From: Candidatus Zixiibacteriota bacterium
GTDB taxonomy: Bacteria > Zixibacteria > MSB-5A5 > SM23-73-2
Direction: 5' to 3'
Length of the DNA stretch: 64,000 bases
NCBI GenBank assembly: GCA_030615745.1
Contig: JAUWYR010000004.1
Location: forward strand, 9,838-73,837
In this document: positions 56,092-64,000 of the stretch, in pieces
Numbering within the stretch: position 1 is the stretch's first letter
Layout: every line of letters begins with the position of its first letter
Translations under genes and position numbers: made by a program
The notes under the pieces: model-generated
Databases searched by the model: none
The model's input: the letters and a program-made list of their open reading frames with translations, nothing else
What the model was told of the DNA's origin: nothing

Positions 56092-57081
56092 TCACGAAAA
56101 CAATTTTACAAGAAAGTAAAGAAAAGCGGCTATTGCTCCTGAGGCCGGGATGGTGATGACCCAGGCAACCACAATATTTTTAACTATCCCCCATCTCACC
56201 GCGGATAGCTTTTGAGAGGAGCCCGAGCCCATAATCGCTGTTGAGATCACATGGGTTGTGCTGATAGGAATTCCGAACCAGGATATTCCAGCGATAACCG
56301 TTGCTGCAGATGTTTCAGCTGAGAACCCATGAACTGGTTGGAGTTTGAACACTTTTGTTCCCATGGTCTTGATCACCTTCCACCCACCCAAACTGGTTCC
56401 TAAAGCCATGGCAAACGCACATGCTATCATAACCCAGAGTGGAACCTTAAATGCGTCTAGTGCTCCATAGCTTACCAAAGCCATAGTTATGATACCCATA
56501 GCGTTCTGAGCATCATTCATCCCGTGAGAAAAGGACATCCAGGCAGCGGATAATATCTGAAATTTTTTGAAATAATTGTTGACCTTTCTTGGATTCGACC
56601 TTTGGAAAAGCCATGATATAACAACGATCAATAAAATCCCTCCTAAAAACCCAAAAACAGGAGAAAGAATCATCGCAATTGCAATTTTTTTAATTCCACC
56701 TATCATTATAATTTTAAACCCTGCCTCAACGATGCCTACGCCTAAAAGTCCTCCTATTAAAGAATGGGTAACACTGACGGGAATACCGGAAAAGCTTGCA
56801 AGACCGGTCCAGAAACTGGCACCTAACAATGCCACTAAGACCATAACCAGATTCACATAAGAGGGATCAATCACCCCCTTCCCTATTGTAGCAGCAACTG
56901 CAGTATGGGATAAAGCACCAAAAAAATTCAAAGCCCTTGCCATGAAAATTGCACTTCGTGGGGAAAGCGCTTTGGTGGAAATGGTTGTGGCTATGGCATT
57001 AGCACAATCATTAAAACCATTAAAGAAATCGTAGACTAACGCCGCAAAGATTATAGCTAAAAGTAAAACAAACTCAGGCAC
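56092..57081 (-). CDS. pitA: inorganic phosphate transporter (PiT/PHO4 family)
   Basis: 10-12 TM, duplicated GANDxxN-like motifs (GFNDCANA; GMNDAQNA). Confidence 0.88.
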   Translation of the reverse strand: MPEFVLLLAIIFAALVYDFFNGFNDCANAIATTISTKALSPRSAIFMARALNFFGALSHTAVAATIGKGVIDPSYVNLVMVLVALLGASFWTGLASFSGIPVSVTHSLIGGLLGVGIVEAGFKIIMIGGIKKIAIAMILSPVFGFLGGILLIVVISWLFQRSNPRKVNNYFKKFQILSAAWMSFSHGMNDAQNAMGIITMALVSYGALDAFKVPLWVMIACAFAMALGTSLGGWKVIKTMGTKVFKLQPVHGFSAETSAATVIAGISWFGIPISTTHVISTAIMGSGSSQKLSAVRWGIVKNIVVAWVITIPASGAIAAFLYFLVKLFS

Positions 57082-57700
57082 TTTTTACTACCACACTCTC
57101 TATAGCTACTGCGATATTCTCACAATGGTCAGCTGCTGTTTCCAGACGACCATATATCTCTTTCCATTTTATTGCCATCCTCCAATCCGGCTCACTATCT
57201 AATAGCTCTGCTGTTGCTTTTCTGGTGATCTCATCTGCTTGATTTTCTAAAGAATTAATCTCAATAAAGAAGGGCAAAAGATTCTCTAAATGCTCTAAAT
57301 CTGATATTGCTTTCTCTATTTGCTCAACCGCTTTATATATGATATTGATCAATTCAATACATTCAGGAGTGAGCTTTTCTATTTTGAAAAAATAAAGCCT
57401 CGCAGAGATACCTTCAATTGCATCCAGAACATCGTCGAGCTCAGATGCTAAAATATGAATATCCTCCCTGTCTATTGGGGTGATAAATGTCTGATTTAAT
57501 TTCTTTATGATCTCATGAATGATTCTGTCCCCCTCGTGCTCTATCTCTTTTATCCTCTTAACCTTCGCTTCAACATCAGTGTAATCATCTGCAAGACTTT
57601 TTAAAGTCTTAGCCCCCTCCAAAAGATTTTTCGCAGATTTTCTGAGTAGCTCAAAAAATTTCTCCTCTTTAGGTAGAAGTCTTGGAAGTTTTATCATCAA
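57074..57700 (-). CDS. DUF47 (PhoU-like Pit accessory protein, YkaA family)
   Basis: 208-aa helical protein directly upstream of and overlapping pitA, canonical pair. Confidence 0.75.
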   Translation of the reverse strand: MMIKLPRLLPKEEKFFELLRKSAKNLLEGAKTLKSLADDYTDVEAKVKRIKEIEHEGDRIIHEIIKKLNQTFITPIDREDIHILASELDDVLDAIEGISARLYFFKIEKLTPECIELINIIYKAVEQIEKAISDLEHLENLLPFFIEINSLENQADEITRKATAELLDSEPDWRMAIKWKEIYGRLETAADHCENIAVAIESVVVKSA

Positions 57701-57766
57701 ATCTTCTCCTTAGCTAAAATTTAAGAACTGAATATAATAAAAAACTTCAAAAATCCAAAAGTTTTT

Positions 57767-59548
57767 TTATTTTTTTAAAAAAGTTAAAAGTTTTTTTATA
57801 AGCTTCTCCTTAGTAAAAATCTCAGATTCAATTTTAAATCCAGCTTTTTGTAATTTTTTAACCAGCTCCAGAATTCTTGGAGACTTTAGCCCGTAAAAGC
57901 CTAAATTCTTTAGATCTTCAAAAAAATTCTCTTTTTTACAAAAACAAACTAACCTCCCTGTGCTTAATAACATAATCTTTTTTGCAAGCTCTGCTACCAG
58001 ATCGATGTCGTGAGAGATAAGGATTAAGGTCTTTCTTTTTGAGGAGAGCTTTTTCAAAAGATTTTTTATATCTTCTATTCCTCTGAGGTCAAGTCCACAG
58101 GTGGGTTCATCCAGAATCAAAACTTCTGGGTCCAGTGCTAAAATTCCAGCAATGGCAACTTTTCTTTTCTCACCGTCAGATAAAGAATATGGGGAGCGAA
58201 AAGCGAACTTTTCGAAATCGAGCCCAACTAATAATAAGGACTCTTTTACTCTATTTTTAATTTTTCCATCAGGCAAATTTATGTTCTTTGGACCAAAAGC
58301 AACATCTTCGAAAACTGTCTCCTCAAAAAGTTGAAGCTCTGGAAACTGAAAGGATAAACCCACAATCTTTCGAAGCTTTTTAAAATCTATATTTTTCTTT
58401 GCATATTTTTTCGAAAGACTTATGTTGTCAACAATAACTTCCCCTTCAGTTGGAAATAGGAGCGCATTCAGATGTTGAACTAAAGTTGACTTTCCTGACC
58501 CTGTAGGACCAATAATTCCTAAAAAGTCACCTTTTTCGATTTCGAAGCTGACATTATCCAAGGCTCTTTTCTCTTGTGGAAGCTTTTGGTCATAAACAAA
58601 GCTTAAATTTTTAGATTGAATAATCTTAAAAAAAGACTCTTTTTTTTTAACTTTAGATTCTTTTGTTGAAAAAACTTCAAGTGTTTGTTGAACTTCTGAA
58701 AAGTTATTTTTCAGGCTTTTTAACTCATCTACCAAACCATCAACATCGTGCACCTTTTTTTTAAATTTGATTCCAAATTTGTTAAGCTCAAAAAGAATCT
58801 CTTGTGTCAAAGGGACTCCCAGTCCAATCTTTTTTAATTCTTCTATTTTGCTAAAAACCTCATCATAGCCTCCATCCAGAAAGATTTTTCCTTGGTCTAA
58901 GACCAATATCCTCTGAGCAGACATTGCCTCCTCTGGAAATTGGGTGATGTGAAAGATGGTAAGCTTTTTTTTAAGGAGGCTTTTTTCGAATAAATTCTTA
59001 ACAAGAATATTAAACTCCTCCCTTCCTTTTGGGTCTAAAAGGGAGGTCGGTTCATCCAGAACAAGATATTTAGGGCGCATAGCTAAAACTGATGCTAAAG
59101 CAACCTTCTGTTTTTCCCCTCCTGAGAGTTTATGAGGAGAATGTCTTTTTAGCTTTTCAAGATTGAATGTTGAAAGTGCCCACCCTACCCTTTGTTTTAT
59201 CTCTTGATGGGACAAAGCTAAATTCTCCAATCCGAAAGCTATCTCTCTTTCAACAGTTGTGGAGATGAACTGATTATCCGGATTTTGAAATACCATCCCT
59301 ACCAGAAGCCTTATTCTTTTCTGATCCTCTTTACTTACAGTATCCAAGCCATCCACAAAAACCTTTCCCTTTGAGGGTAAAAGCAAAGCATTCAAAAGCC
59401 TTGCCAGGGTAGTCTTGCCTGAGCCATTTGGACCAATTATTGCAACAAATTCACCCTCATTAAACTTCAGATCGATATTATCCAAAGCTAAAAGGAGGCT
59501 ATCCTTATCCAATTTATATTGAAATGAGACATCCCTTAGTTCAATCAT
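57767..59548 (-). CDS. fused tandem ABC ATPase (ECF/cobalt-type transporter EcfA1-EcfA2 fusion)
   Basis: two sets of Walker A (GPNGSGKTT; GPTGSGKST), signature (LSGGEKQKVALA; LSDGEKRKVAIA), Walker B (LVLDEPT; LILDEPT). Confidence 0.85.
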   Translation of the reverse strand: MIELRDVSFQYKLDKDSLLLALDNIDLKFNEGEFVAIIGPNGSGKTTLARLLNALLLPSKGKVFVDGLDTVSKEDQKRIRLLVGMVFQNPDNQFISTTVEREIAFGLENLALSHQEIKQRVGWALSTFNLEKLKRHSPHKLSGGEKQKVALASVLAMRPKYLVLDEPTSLLDPKGREEFNILVKNLFEKSLLKKKLTIFHITQFPEEAMSAQRILVLDQGKIFLDGGYDEVFSKIEELKKIGLGVPLTQEILFELNKFGIKFKKKVHDVDGLVDELKSLKNNFSEVQQTLEVFSTKESKVKKKESFFKIIQSKNLSFVYDQKLPQEKRALDNVSFEIEKGDFLGIIGPTGSGKSTLVQHLNALLFPTEGEVIVDNISLSKKYAKKNIDFKKLRKIVGLSFQFPELQLFEETVFEDVAFGPKNINLPDGKIKNRVKESLLLVGLDFEKFAFRSPYSLSDGEKRKVAIAGILALDPEVLILDEPTCGLDLRGIEDIKNLLKKLSSKRKTLILISHDIDLVAELAKKIMLLSTGRLVCFCKKENFFEDLKNLGFYGLKSPRILELVKKLQKAGFKIESEIFTKEKLIKKLLTFLKK

Positions 59549-59726
59549 TTAATCGAAATATAGGGTAATCGAAAAATGAAGTCAAATGAAAAGAAGATTC
59601 AGAACACCTCTTGTGGATGATAACATCCACAAGGAGCAGAAAATAACTTTTAACTTTAACTTTGAGAATAAAAAAACAATCCTTTATGCTTATTCAGTGA
59701 AGGATTAAGTTACAACTAATTTTGTA

Positions 59727-59751
59727 GCCCCACCTTGCCCCAAGGTGGGGC
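59727..59751. other. GC-rich hairpin GCCCCACCTT-GCCCC-AAGGTGGGGC
   Basis: 10-bp perfect stem between ecfA start and small basic gene; no adjacent T-run. Confidence 0.3.
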
Positions 59752-59816
59752 TTAGTTAATAAACAAAGGACTGGATCAAAATGACCCAGTCCTTTGAAAA
59801 GCAAACTCAAAGCTTC

Positions 59817-60011
59817 CTACCATCTTCTTCTTTTGGCTTTTTTAACCTTCTTAGCCTTCTTACCCTTTTTGGGTTTACCAGCAGTTTTGCAGAAGTTGCA
59901 CATCTTCTTTCCGCCAGTTCCCCCAATTCTGTTCTTTTTCCCTACAGCTTTACCAACAGGGCAAGTGGGAAGGGTATGATAGACCTTTGATCTTTTTGAA
60001 TGGTATGCCAA
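59817..60011 (-). CDS. small Lys-rich basic protein with H/C-x-C cluster (possible zinc-ribbon nucleic-acid binder)
   Basis: 64 aa, TTG start 7 nt after AAGGAGGTG RBS; HTLPTCP...CNFC; KKGKKAKKVKKAKRRRW tail. Confidence 0.45.
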   Translation of the reverse strand: MAYHSKRSKVYHTLPTCPVGKAVGKKNRIGGTGGKKMCNFCKTAGKPKKGKKAKKVKKAKRRRW

Positions 60012-60035
60012 CTTTTTTCACCTCCTTTTGTTTTT

Positions 60036-60080
60036 TAAGATTCAAAAATTTTGGCAAACCTAAAAAGAAAAGTTTGCCAA
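60036..60080 (-). terminator. hairpin TTGGCAAAC...GTTTGCCAA followed by T-run on minus strand, downstream of gcvPB
   Basis: 9-bp stem, loop 12 nt, rc reads ...GTTTGCCAAAATTTTTGAA. Confidence 0.4.
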
Positions 60081-60084
60081 AACC

Positions 60085-61545
60085 TCATTTTGGGTTCTTT
60101 TCCCATCTTACATCGAGCTCCCTCGAAGCTTTTACCTCATCAAGTCTCAAAACAGGGGTATTATGAGGAGCGGACTTTACTAACTCTGGATTTTCCTCCA
60201 CCTCCTTAGCGATCTTTATCATAAACTCGATAAACTCATCTAAACTTTCCTTGCTTTCAGACTCAGTTGGCTCAATCATCAAAGCCTCAGAAACTATCAG
60301 GGGGAAATAGATTGTGGGAGGATGCACACCATAATCCAAAAGCCTTTTTGCAATATCTAAAGTCCTCACTCCCTTTTCTTTCTGCTTTATTCCAGAAAGG
60401 ACAAACTCATGCATGCAGAAACTTTTGTATGGAAGATAAAAGAATTTTTCTAAGGTTGCCATAAGATAGTTGGCGTTGATAATCGAGGTCTCAGAGATAT
60501 TCTTTAATCCCGGTGCACCACACGCTCTGATATAAGCATAAGCCTTAACTAAAACACCGAAGTTTCCATAGAATGCTTGGATTTTACCAATTGAAAAAGG
60601 AAGATTGTAATTTAAAAAATACCTTTCTTTTTTGTTTTTTCTTTTTTCAACAACAGGAACAGGCAAAAAACAAGCTAAATTTCTTTTGACTCCTAAAGGA
60701 CCAGAACCAGGTCCTCCACCACCATGCGGGGTGGAAAAGGTTTTGTGCAAATTGAAATGAACTATATCGAACCCCATATCTCCGGGCCTGACTATTCCCA
60801 TCAAGGCATTTAGATTTGCTCCATCCATATATAACAAAGCTCCAGCATCATGAACAATCTTTTCGATCCTTTCAATCTGGGATTCGAAAAGACCTAAGGT
60901 ATTAGGATTTGTCAACATAAAAGCTGCAACATCCTCATCTGTAAGCTTTTTCAACTCCTCGACATCCACCAGACCTTTTCCGTTCGATTTCACCTGAACT
61001 GGAAGATAGCCAGAGGTTACAACCGAGGCTGGATTGGTCCCATGGGCTGAGTCAGGAATGATCACTTTTGATCTTTTTTGTTTGTTTTTTCTATGGTAAG
61101 CAGAGGTGATAAGGAGTCCAGCGAGTTCACCCTGAGCTCCGGCTGAAGGCTGTAAAGTAATAGAATCTACTCCTCCAATCTCTTTTAAATACTCTGATAA
61201 TTCGTACATCAACTTTAAAGCGCCTTGAACTGTTTCTTCTGGTTGTAGGGGATGAATATCGGAAAAACCCGCAAGTTTTGCTACATCCTCATCTACCTTA
61301 GGATTGTATTTCATTGTGCAGGACCCTAAAGGATAAAACCTTTTATCCACATGATGGTTAAGAATAGAAAGCCTGGTAAAATGCCTGACAACATCTACCT
61401 CTGAGACCTCGGGCAGACATAAATTTTTCCTTATTTTTTCCTGAGGCAGAATATCTGAGATCTCTTTTTGTGGCACATCTATCTCCGGTAATGAATAGCC
61501 ACATCTACCTTGTGATGAAAGCTCAAATATAAGTTTTTCTGGCAT
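60085..61545 (-). CDS. gcvPB: glycine dehydrogenase (aminomethyl-transferring) subunit 2
   Basis: PLP enzyme, [18 protein letters not shown]; start moved to [10 protein letters not shown] (ORF-track start 61605 overlaps upstream gene). Confidence 0.9.
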   Translation of the reverse strand: MPEKLIFELSSQGRCGYSLPEIDVPQKEISDILPQEKIRKNLCLPEVSEVDVVRHFTRLSILNHHVDKRFYPLGSCTMKYNPKVDEDVAKLAGFSDIHPLQPEETVQGALKLMYELSEYLKEIGGVDSITLQPSAGAQGELAGLLITSAYHRKNKQKRSKVIIPDSAHGTNPASVVTSGYLPVQVKSNGKGLVDVEELKKLTDEDVAAFMLTNPNTLGLFESQIERIEKIVHDAGALLYMDGANLNALMGIVRPGDMGFDIVHFNLHKTFSTPHGGGGPGSGPLGVKRNLACFLPVPVVEKRKNKKERYFLNYNLPFSIGKIQAFYGNFGVLVKAYAYIRACGAPGLKNISETSIINANYLMATLEKFFYLPYKSFCMHEFVLSGIKQKEKGVRTLDIAKRLLDYGVHPPTIYFPLIVSEALMIEPTESESKESLDEFIEFMIKIAKEVEENPELVKSAPHNTPVLRLDEVKASRELDVRWEKNPK

Positions 61546-61562
61546 TTTTTGCTCAAATTTTT

Positions 61563-62432
61563 CTAATTTTTTTCTTTGAGTTTTTTTATCCTTTTTTCCA
61601 CCCACTCTCTTTCGCTTTCTTTTATTTTTGGATGCTCTTTTAAGAATTTCTCATAAAGCTTCAAAGCCTTAGTTGTATCTCCCATCTTTTCATAAATATA
61701 GGGAATATATTCCTCTGCCTCTAATCTAAGGTTGGATTCAGGAAAATCTTTTGAAAAACTTTGAAATTTTACCATTGCATCTTTATACTCTTTTTCCCTG
61801 TAATGAATATAAGCTAAGTTAAAAAGCGCACTATCTGTTTTCCCCCAATAGTTTTTTGAATCCAGATCATTTATTTTTCTAAAAAGTCTTTTAGCCTCAT
61901 CATATCTTTTTCGATCCATATATTTTTCTCCAATTTTCAGAAGAAGCACAACATCGGTAGAATCTTTTTTTAGCTTTTTCTCTAAATCAGCTAACGTGCC
62001 CCTACCTAAAAGATATGATTTTACGTTTTTAAAAAACTCTCTTGGGGAAAGGTAACCAACAATCCTTTCGATCTCCTCACCAGAGGATTTTAAAAGAATA
62101 ACAGTCGGATAAGCACTCACTTTATATTCTTCTACAAGTAAAGAATCTTTTTTCGCATCTATTTTAACGAAGACAAAATCTAATGATAAAGAGATTACAT
62201 CTCTATCTGTAAAGGTCGAATCATCCAATCTTTTACACCATTTGCAATCCTTTCTGTAAAAATCTACTAAAAGCTTTTTTTTCTCCTCATTTGCTAATTT
62301 AAAGCCTTCTTCAAGTGAAGTATTCCACTCGATTTTCTCAGGAATCTTTTTTACACAGGATGGGAAAAATAAGATTAAAAAACTCAAAACAAAAAACAGA
62401 GAAAATCTTTTAGGCATCTTTTCCATCTTCAT
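61563..62432 (-). CDS. thioredoxin-fold + TPR lipoprotein
   Basis: lipobox LFFPSC, CxxC ([14 protein letters not shown]), C-terminal TPR-like helices; inserted between gcvPA and gcvPB. Confidence 0.65.
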   Translation of the reverse strand: MKMEKMPKRFSLFFVLSFLILFFPSCVKKIPEKIEWNTSLEEGFKLANEEKKKLLVDFYRKDCKWCKRLDDSTFTDRDVISLSLDFVFVKIDAKKDSLLVEEYKVSAYPTVILLKSSGEEIERIVGYLSPREFFKNVKSYLLGRGTLADLEKKLKKDSTDVVLLLKIGEKYMDRKRYDEAKRLFRKINDLDSKNYWGKTDSALFNLAYIHYREKEYKDAMVKFQSFSKDFPESNLRLEAEEYIPYIYEKMGDTTKALKLYEKFLKEHPKIKESEREWVEKRIKKLKEKN

Positions 62433-62434
62433 TT

Positions 62435-63775
62435 TTAAATCAGTTTTTTTAACTCTTCAACAAAATAATCTATTTGCTCTTTTGTCCTTTTCTCGGTAAC
62501 AGATATCAAAAGGCAGTTTTCCAAACCCAACTTAGATTTTTTTAGATCGATTCCAGCTAAGATTTTTCTTTTAAGAAGCTCTTTTATGATTTTTTCGGGT
62601 GGAAAAGGAGTTTGGACAACGAATTCTTTGAAAAAAGGGGAGTTAAATTTCATCTTGAATCCATCTAATTCTTCTATCCTTAAAGCTGTATAGTGGCTTT
62701 TTTGTAAACATAACTCTGCTACTTTTCTCAGCCCTGATTTTCCCAGAAGTGAAAGGTAAACACAGGAGGCAAGTGCGCACAGAGCTTGATTGGTGCAGAT
62801 ATTCGAGGTCGCCCTCTCCCTTCTTATGTGTTGCTCCCTTGTTTGTAAAGTCATAACGAATCCCCTTTTTCCCTCTTGGTCTTGGGTCGCTCCGATTATT
62901 CTACCCGGCATTCTTCGGATAAGACCTTTTTTAGCAGTAAAAAAGCCTAAAAAAGGTCCGCCGAAGCTTTGCCTGTTTCCTAAGCTTTGACCCTCCCCAA
63001 CTGCTATATCAGCTTTATATTCACCTGGTGGCTTCAAGATTCCGAGTGAGATGGGATCGCACACCATAATCAAAAGCGCACCAGAAGAGTGGACTGAAGG
63101 TTCAACCTCTTCGACATTTTCTAAAAGCCCAAAAAAATTAGGATTCTGGACTACAACGCATGCTGTTTTTTCTGAGACAGTCTTTTTTAAATCATCTAAG
63201 TCAACTATACCACCTTTGTTTTTCCTCAAATTGATTTTTAGATCAAGCCTTTGAGTATATGTTTTTAGAACATCAATATAAAAAGGATTTACAGAGTCGA
63301 AAATTATGACCTCTTCTCTTTTAGTTTGTGAGTGAGCAAGAAGTGCAGCTTCAGCTGTTGCTGAAGCGCAATCATACATCGATGCATTGGAAACCTCCAT
63401 CTCTGTGAGCTCACAGATAAGGGATTGATACTCATAGATGGGTTGAAGTGTGCCCTGACTAACCTCTGCCTGATAAGGTGTATAGGCAGTATAGAATTCA
63501 GCACGAGAGATAATATGCTCCACAACACTTGGAATAAAATGGTCGTAAGCTCCACCTCCTAAAAAACTTATTAGCTTTTCTGTGGATTTGTTTTCTTCGG
63601 ATAATTCTTTAAGATGAGTTTTTAGTTCAAGCTCTGATTTTGGAGGCGGTAGACTCAATTCCCTTTTTAATCTTAAAGACTCGGGGATTGATTCTAAAAG
63701 CTTTTCAAAACTTTCCACCCCTATTTTTTCAAGCATCTTCTTTTTATCTTCAAAAGTATGGGGAACGTAATCCAT
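62435..63775 (-). CDS. gcvPA: glycine dehydrogenase (aminomethyl-transferring) subunit 1
   Basis: N-terminal half of split P-protein; typical length and order. Confidence 0.9.
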   Translation of the reverse strand: MDYVPHTFEDKKKMLEKIGVESFEKLLESIPESLRLKRELSLPPPKSELELKTHLKELSEENKSTEKLISFLGGGAYDHFIPSVVEHIISRAEFYTAYTPYQAEVSQGTLQPIYEYQSLICELTEMEVSNASMYDCASATAEAALLAHSQTKREEVIIFDSVNPFYIDVLKTYTQRLDLKINLRKNKGGIVDLDDLKKTVSEKTACVVVQNPNFFGLLENVEEVEPSVHSSGALLIMVCDPISLGILKPPGEYKADIAVGEGQSLGNRQSFGGPFLGFFTAKKGLIRRMPGRIIGATQDQEGKRGFVMTLQTREQHIRRERATSNICTNQALCALASCVYLSLLGKSGLRKVAELCLQKSHYTALRIEELDGFKMKFNSPFFKEFVVQTPFPPEKIIKELLKRKILAGIDLKKSKLGLENCLLISVTEKRTKEQIDYFVEELKKLI

Positions 63776-63794
63776 TTTCTCTCGATTAAATTAA

Positions 63795-64000
63795 TTATTT
63801 TGCTTCAAGAAGTTTTTTGTACTCCTCTTCTGATAAAAGAGAGTCAAGCTCAGAAGGGTTTTCAGGTTTAACTTTTATGAACCATCCCTCTCCATAAGGA
63901 TCTTTATTTATAAGGTTAGGCTCAATTTCAAGTCTTTTGTTCATCTCAACTACCTCACCACTCAAAGGGGCGAAAAGGTCTGAGACAGCCTTAACCGCCT
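63795..64000 (-). CDS. gcvH: glycine cleavage system H protein (C-terminal part; gene continues beyond window)
   Basis: manual minus-strand translation ...AVKAVSDLFAPLSGEVVEMNKRLEIEPNLINKDPYGEGWFIKVKPENPSELDSLLSEEEYKKLLEAK*. Confidence 0.8.
   Translation of the reverse strand, partial: AVKAVSDLFAPLSGEVVEMNKRLEIEPNLINKDPYGEGWFIKVKPENPSELDSLLSEEEYKKLLEAK

Noticed and set aside
55810-56095. dif/XerCD site at the strand-switch
   Set aside because: No 28-nt dif-like palindrome (e.g. GGTGCGCATAATGTATATTATGTTAAAT-like) recognisable; the palindromes present look like ordinary terminators.

Overview
This 64 kb window appears to come from a low-GC, lysine-rich genome of an uncultivated Gram-negative (diderm) bacterium; LapA/LapB LPS-assembly genes are present. 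Nearly all genes from 0.5 to 55.8 kb are on the + strand. They switch to the - strand from 56 kb onward: pit/DUF47, a fused ECF ATPase, and gcvPB, a thioredoxin lipoprotein, gcvPA and gcvH. Most of the window is syntenic housekeeping backbone: xseA-xseB-ispA-dxs-nadK, lapA-lapB, mutS...mutL-miaA, and proS-rimP-nusA-infB-DUF503-rbfA-nrnA-truB-ribF-rpsO-pnp-M16 peptidase. It also includes asnS-leuS, smpB, amidase-murI-rdgB, and four tRNAs: Arg-CCG, then a Pro-TGG / Arg-TCT / His-GTG cluster. Embedded in the backbone are several accessory or unusual features. (1) A 2.4 kb insertion between mutS and mutL carries an Avd-like four-helix-bundle protein and a KAP-family P-loop NTPase fused to pentapeptide repeats. 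The KAP gene is bracketed by an exact ~63 bp direct repeat that duplicates the mutL 5' end, and the insertion also carries iteron-like inverted repeats. (2) A truncated large serine recombinase overlaps the 3' end of tRNA-His. It is followed by an island of secreted repeat proteins: five CarboxypepD_reg repeats plus dockerin, a perfect 14-aa/42-nt 'GIGVANQ' repeat protein, and an SBBP beta-propeller plus dockerin. (3) A 651-aa surface/TM protein has eight near-identical 40-aa repeats and ~100-nt direct repeats on both flanks. (4) There are at least three families of short dispersed repeats: a GC-rich REP-like hairpin 'GTAGGGGCGGGG...CCCCGCC', an 'ATCAAGAGA'-core family, and a 36-nt 'TCCGAAGGATTTCCGAAGGACTCTTCGAGCATAGAA' element. 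Several copies of the last two sit in-frame inside conserved genes (murI, dxs, nadK, amidase, deacetylase). (5) A ~1 kb structured non-coding region upstream of smpB contains a nested repeat. All calls rest on motif-level reading of the translated ORFs and the raw sequence; no database search was run.
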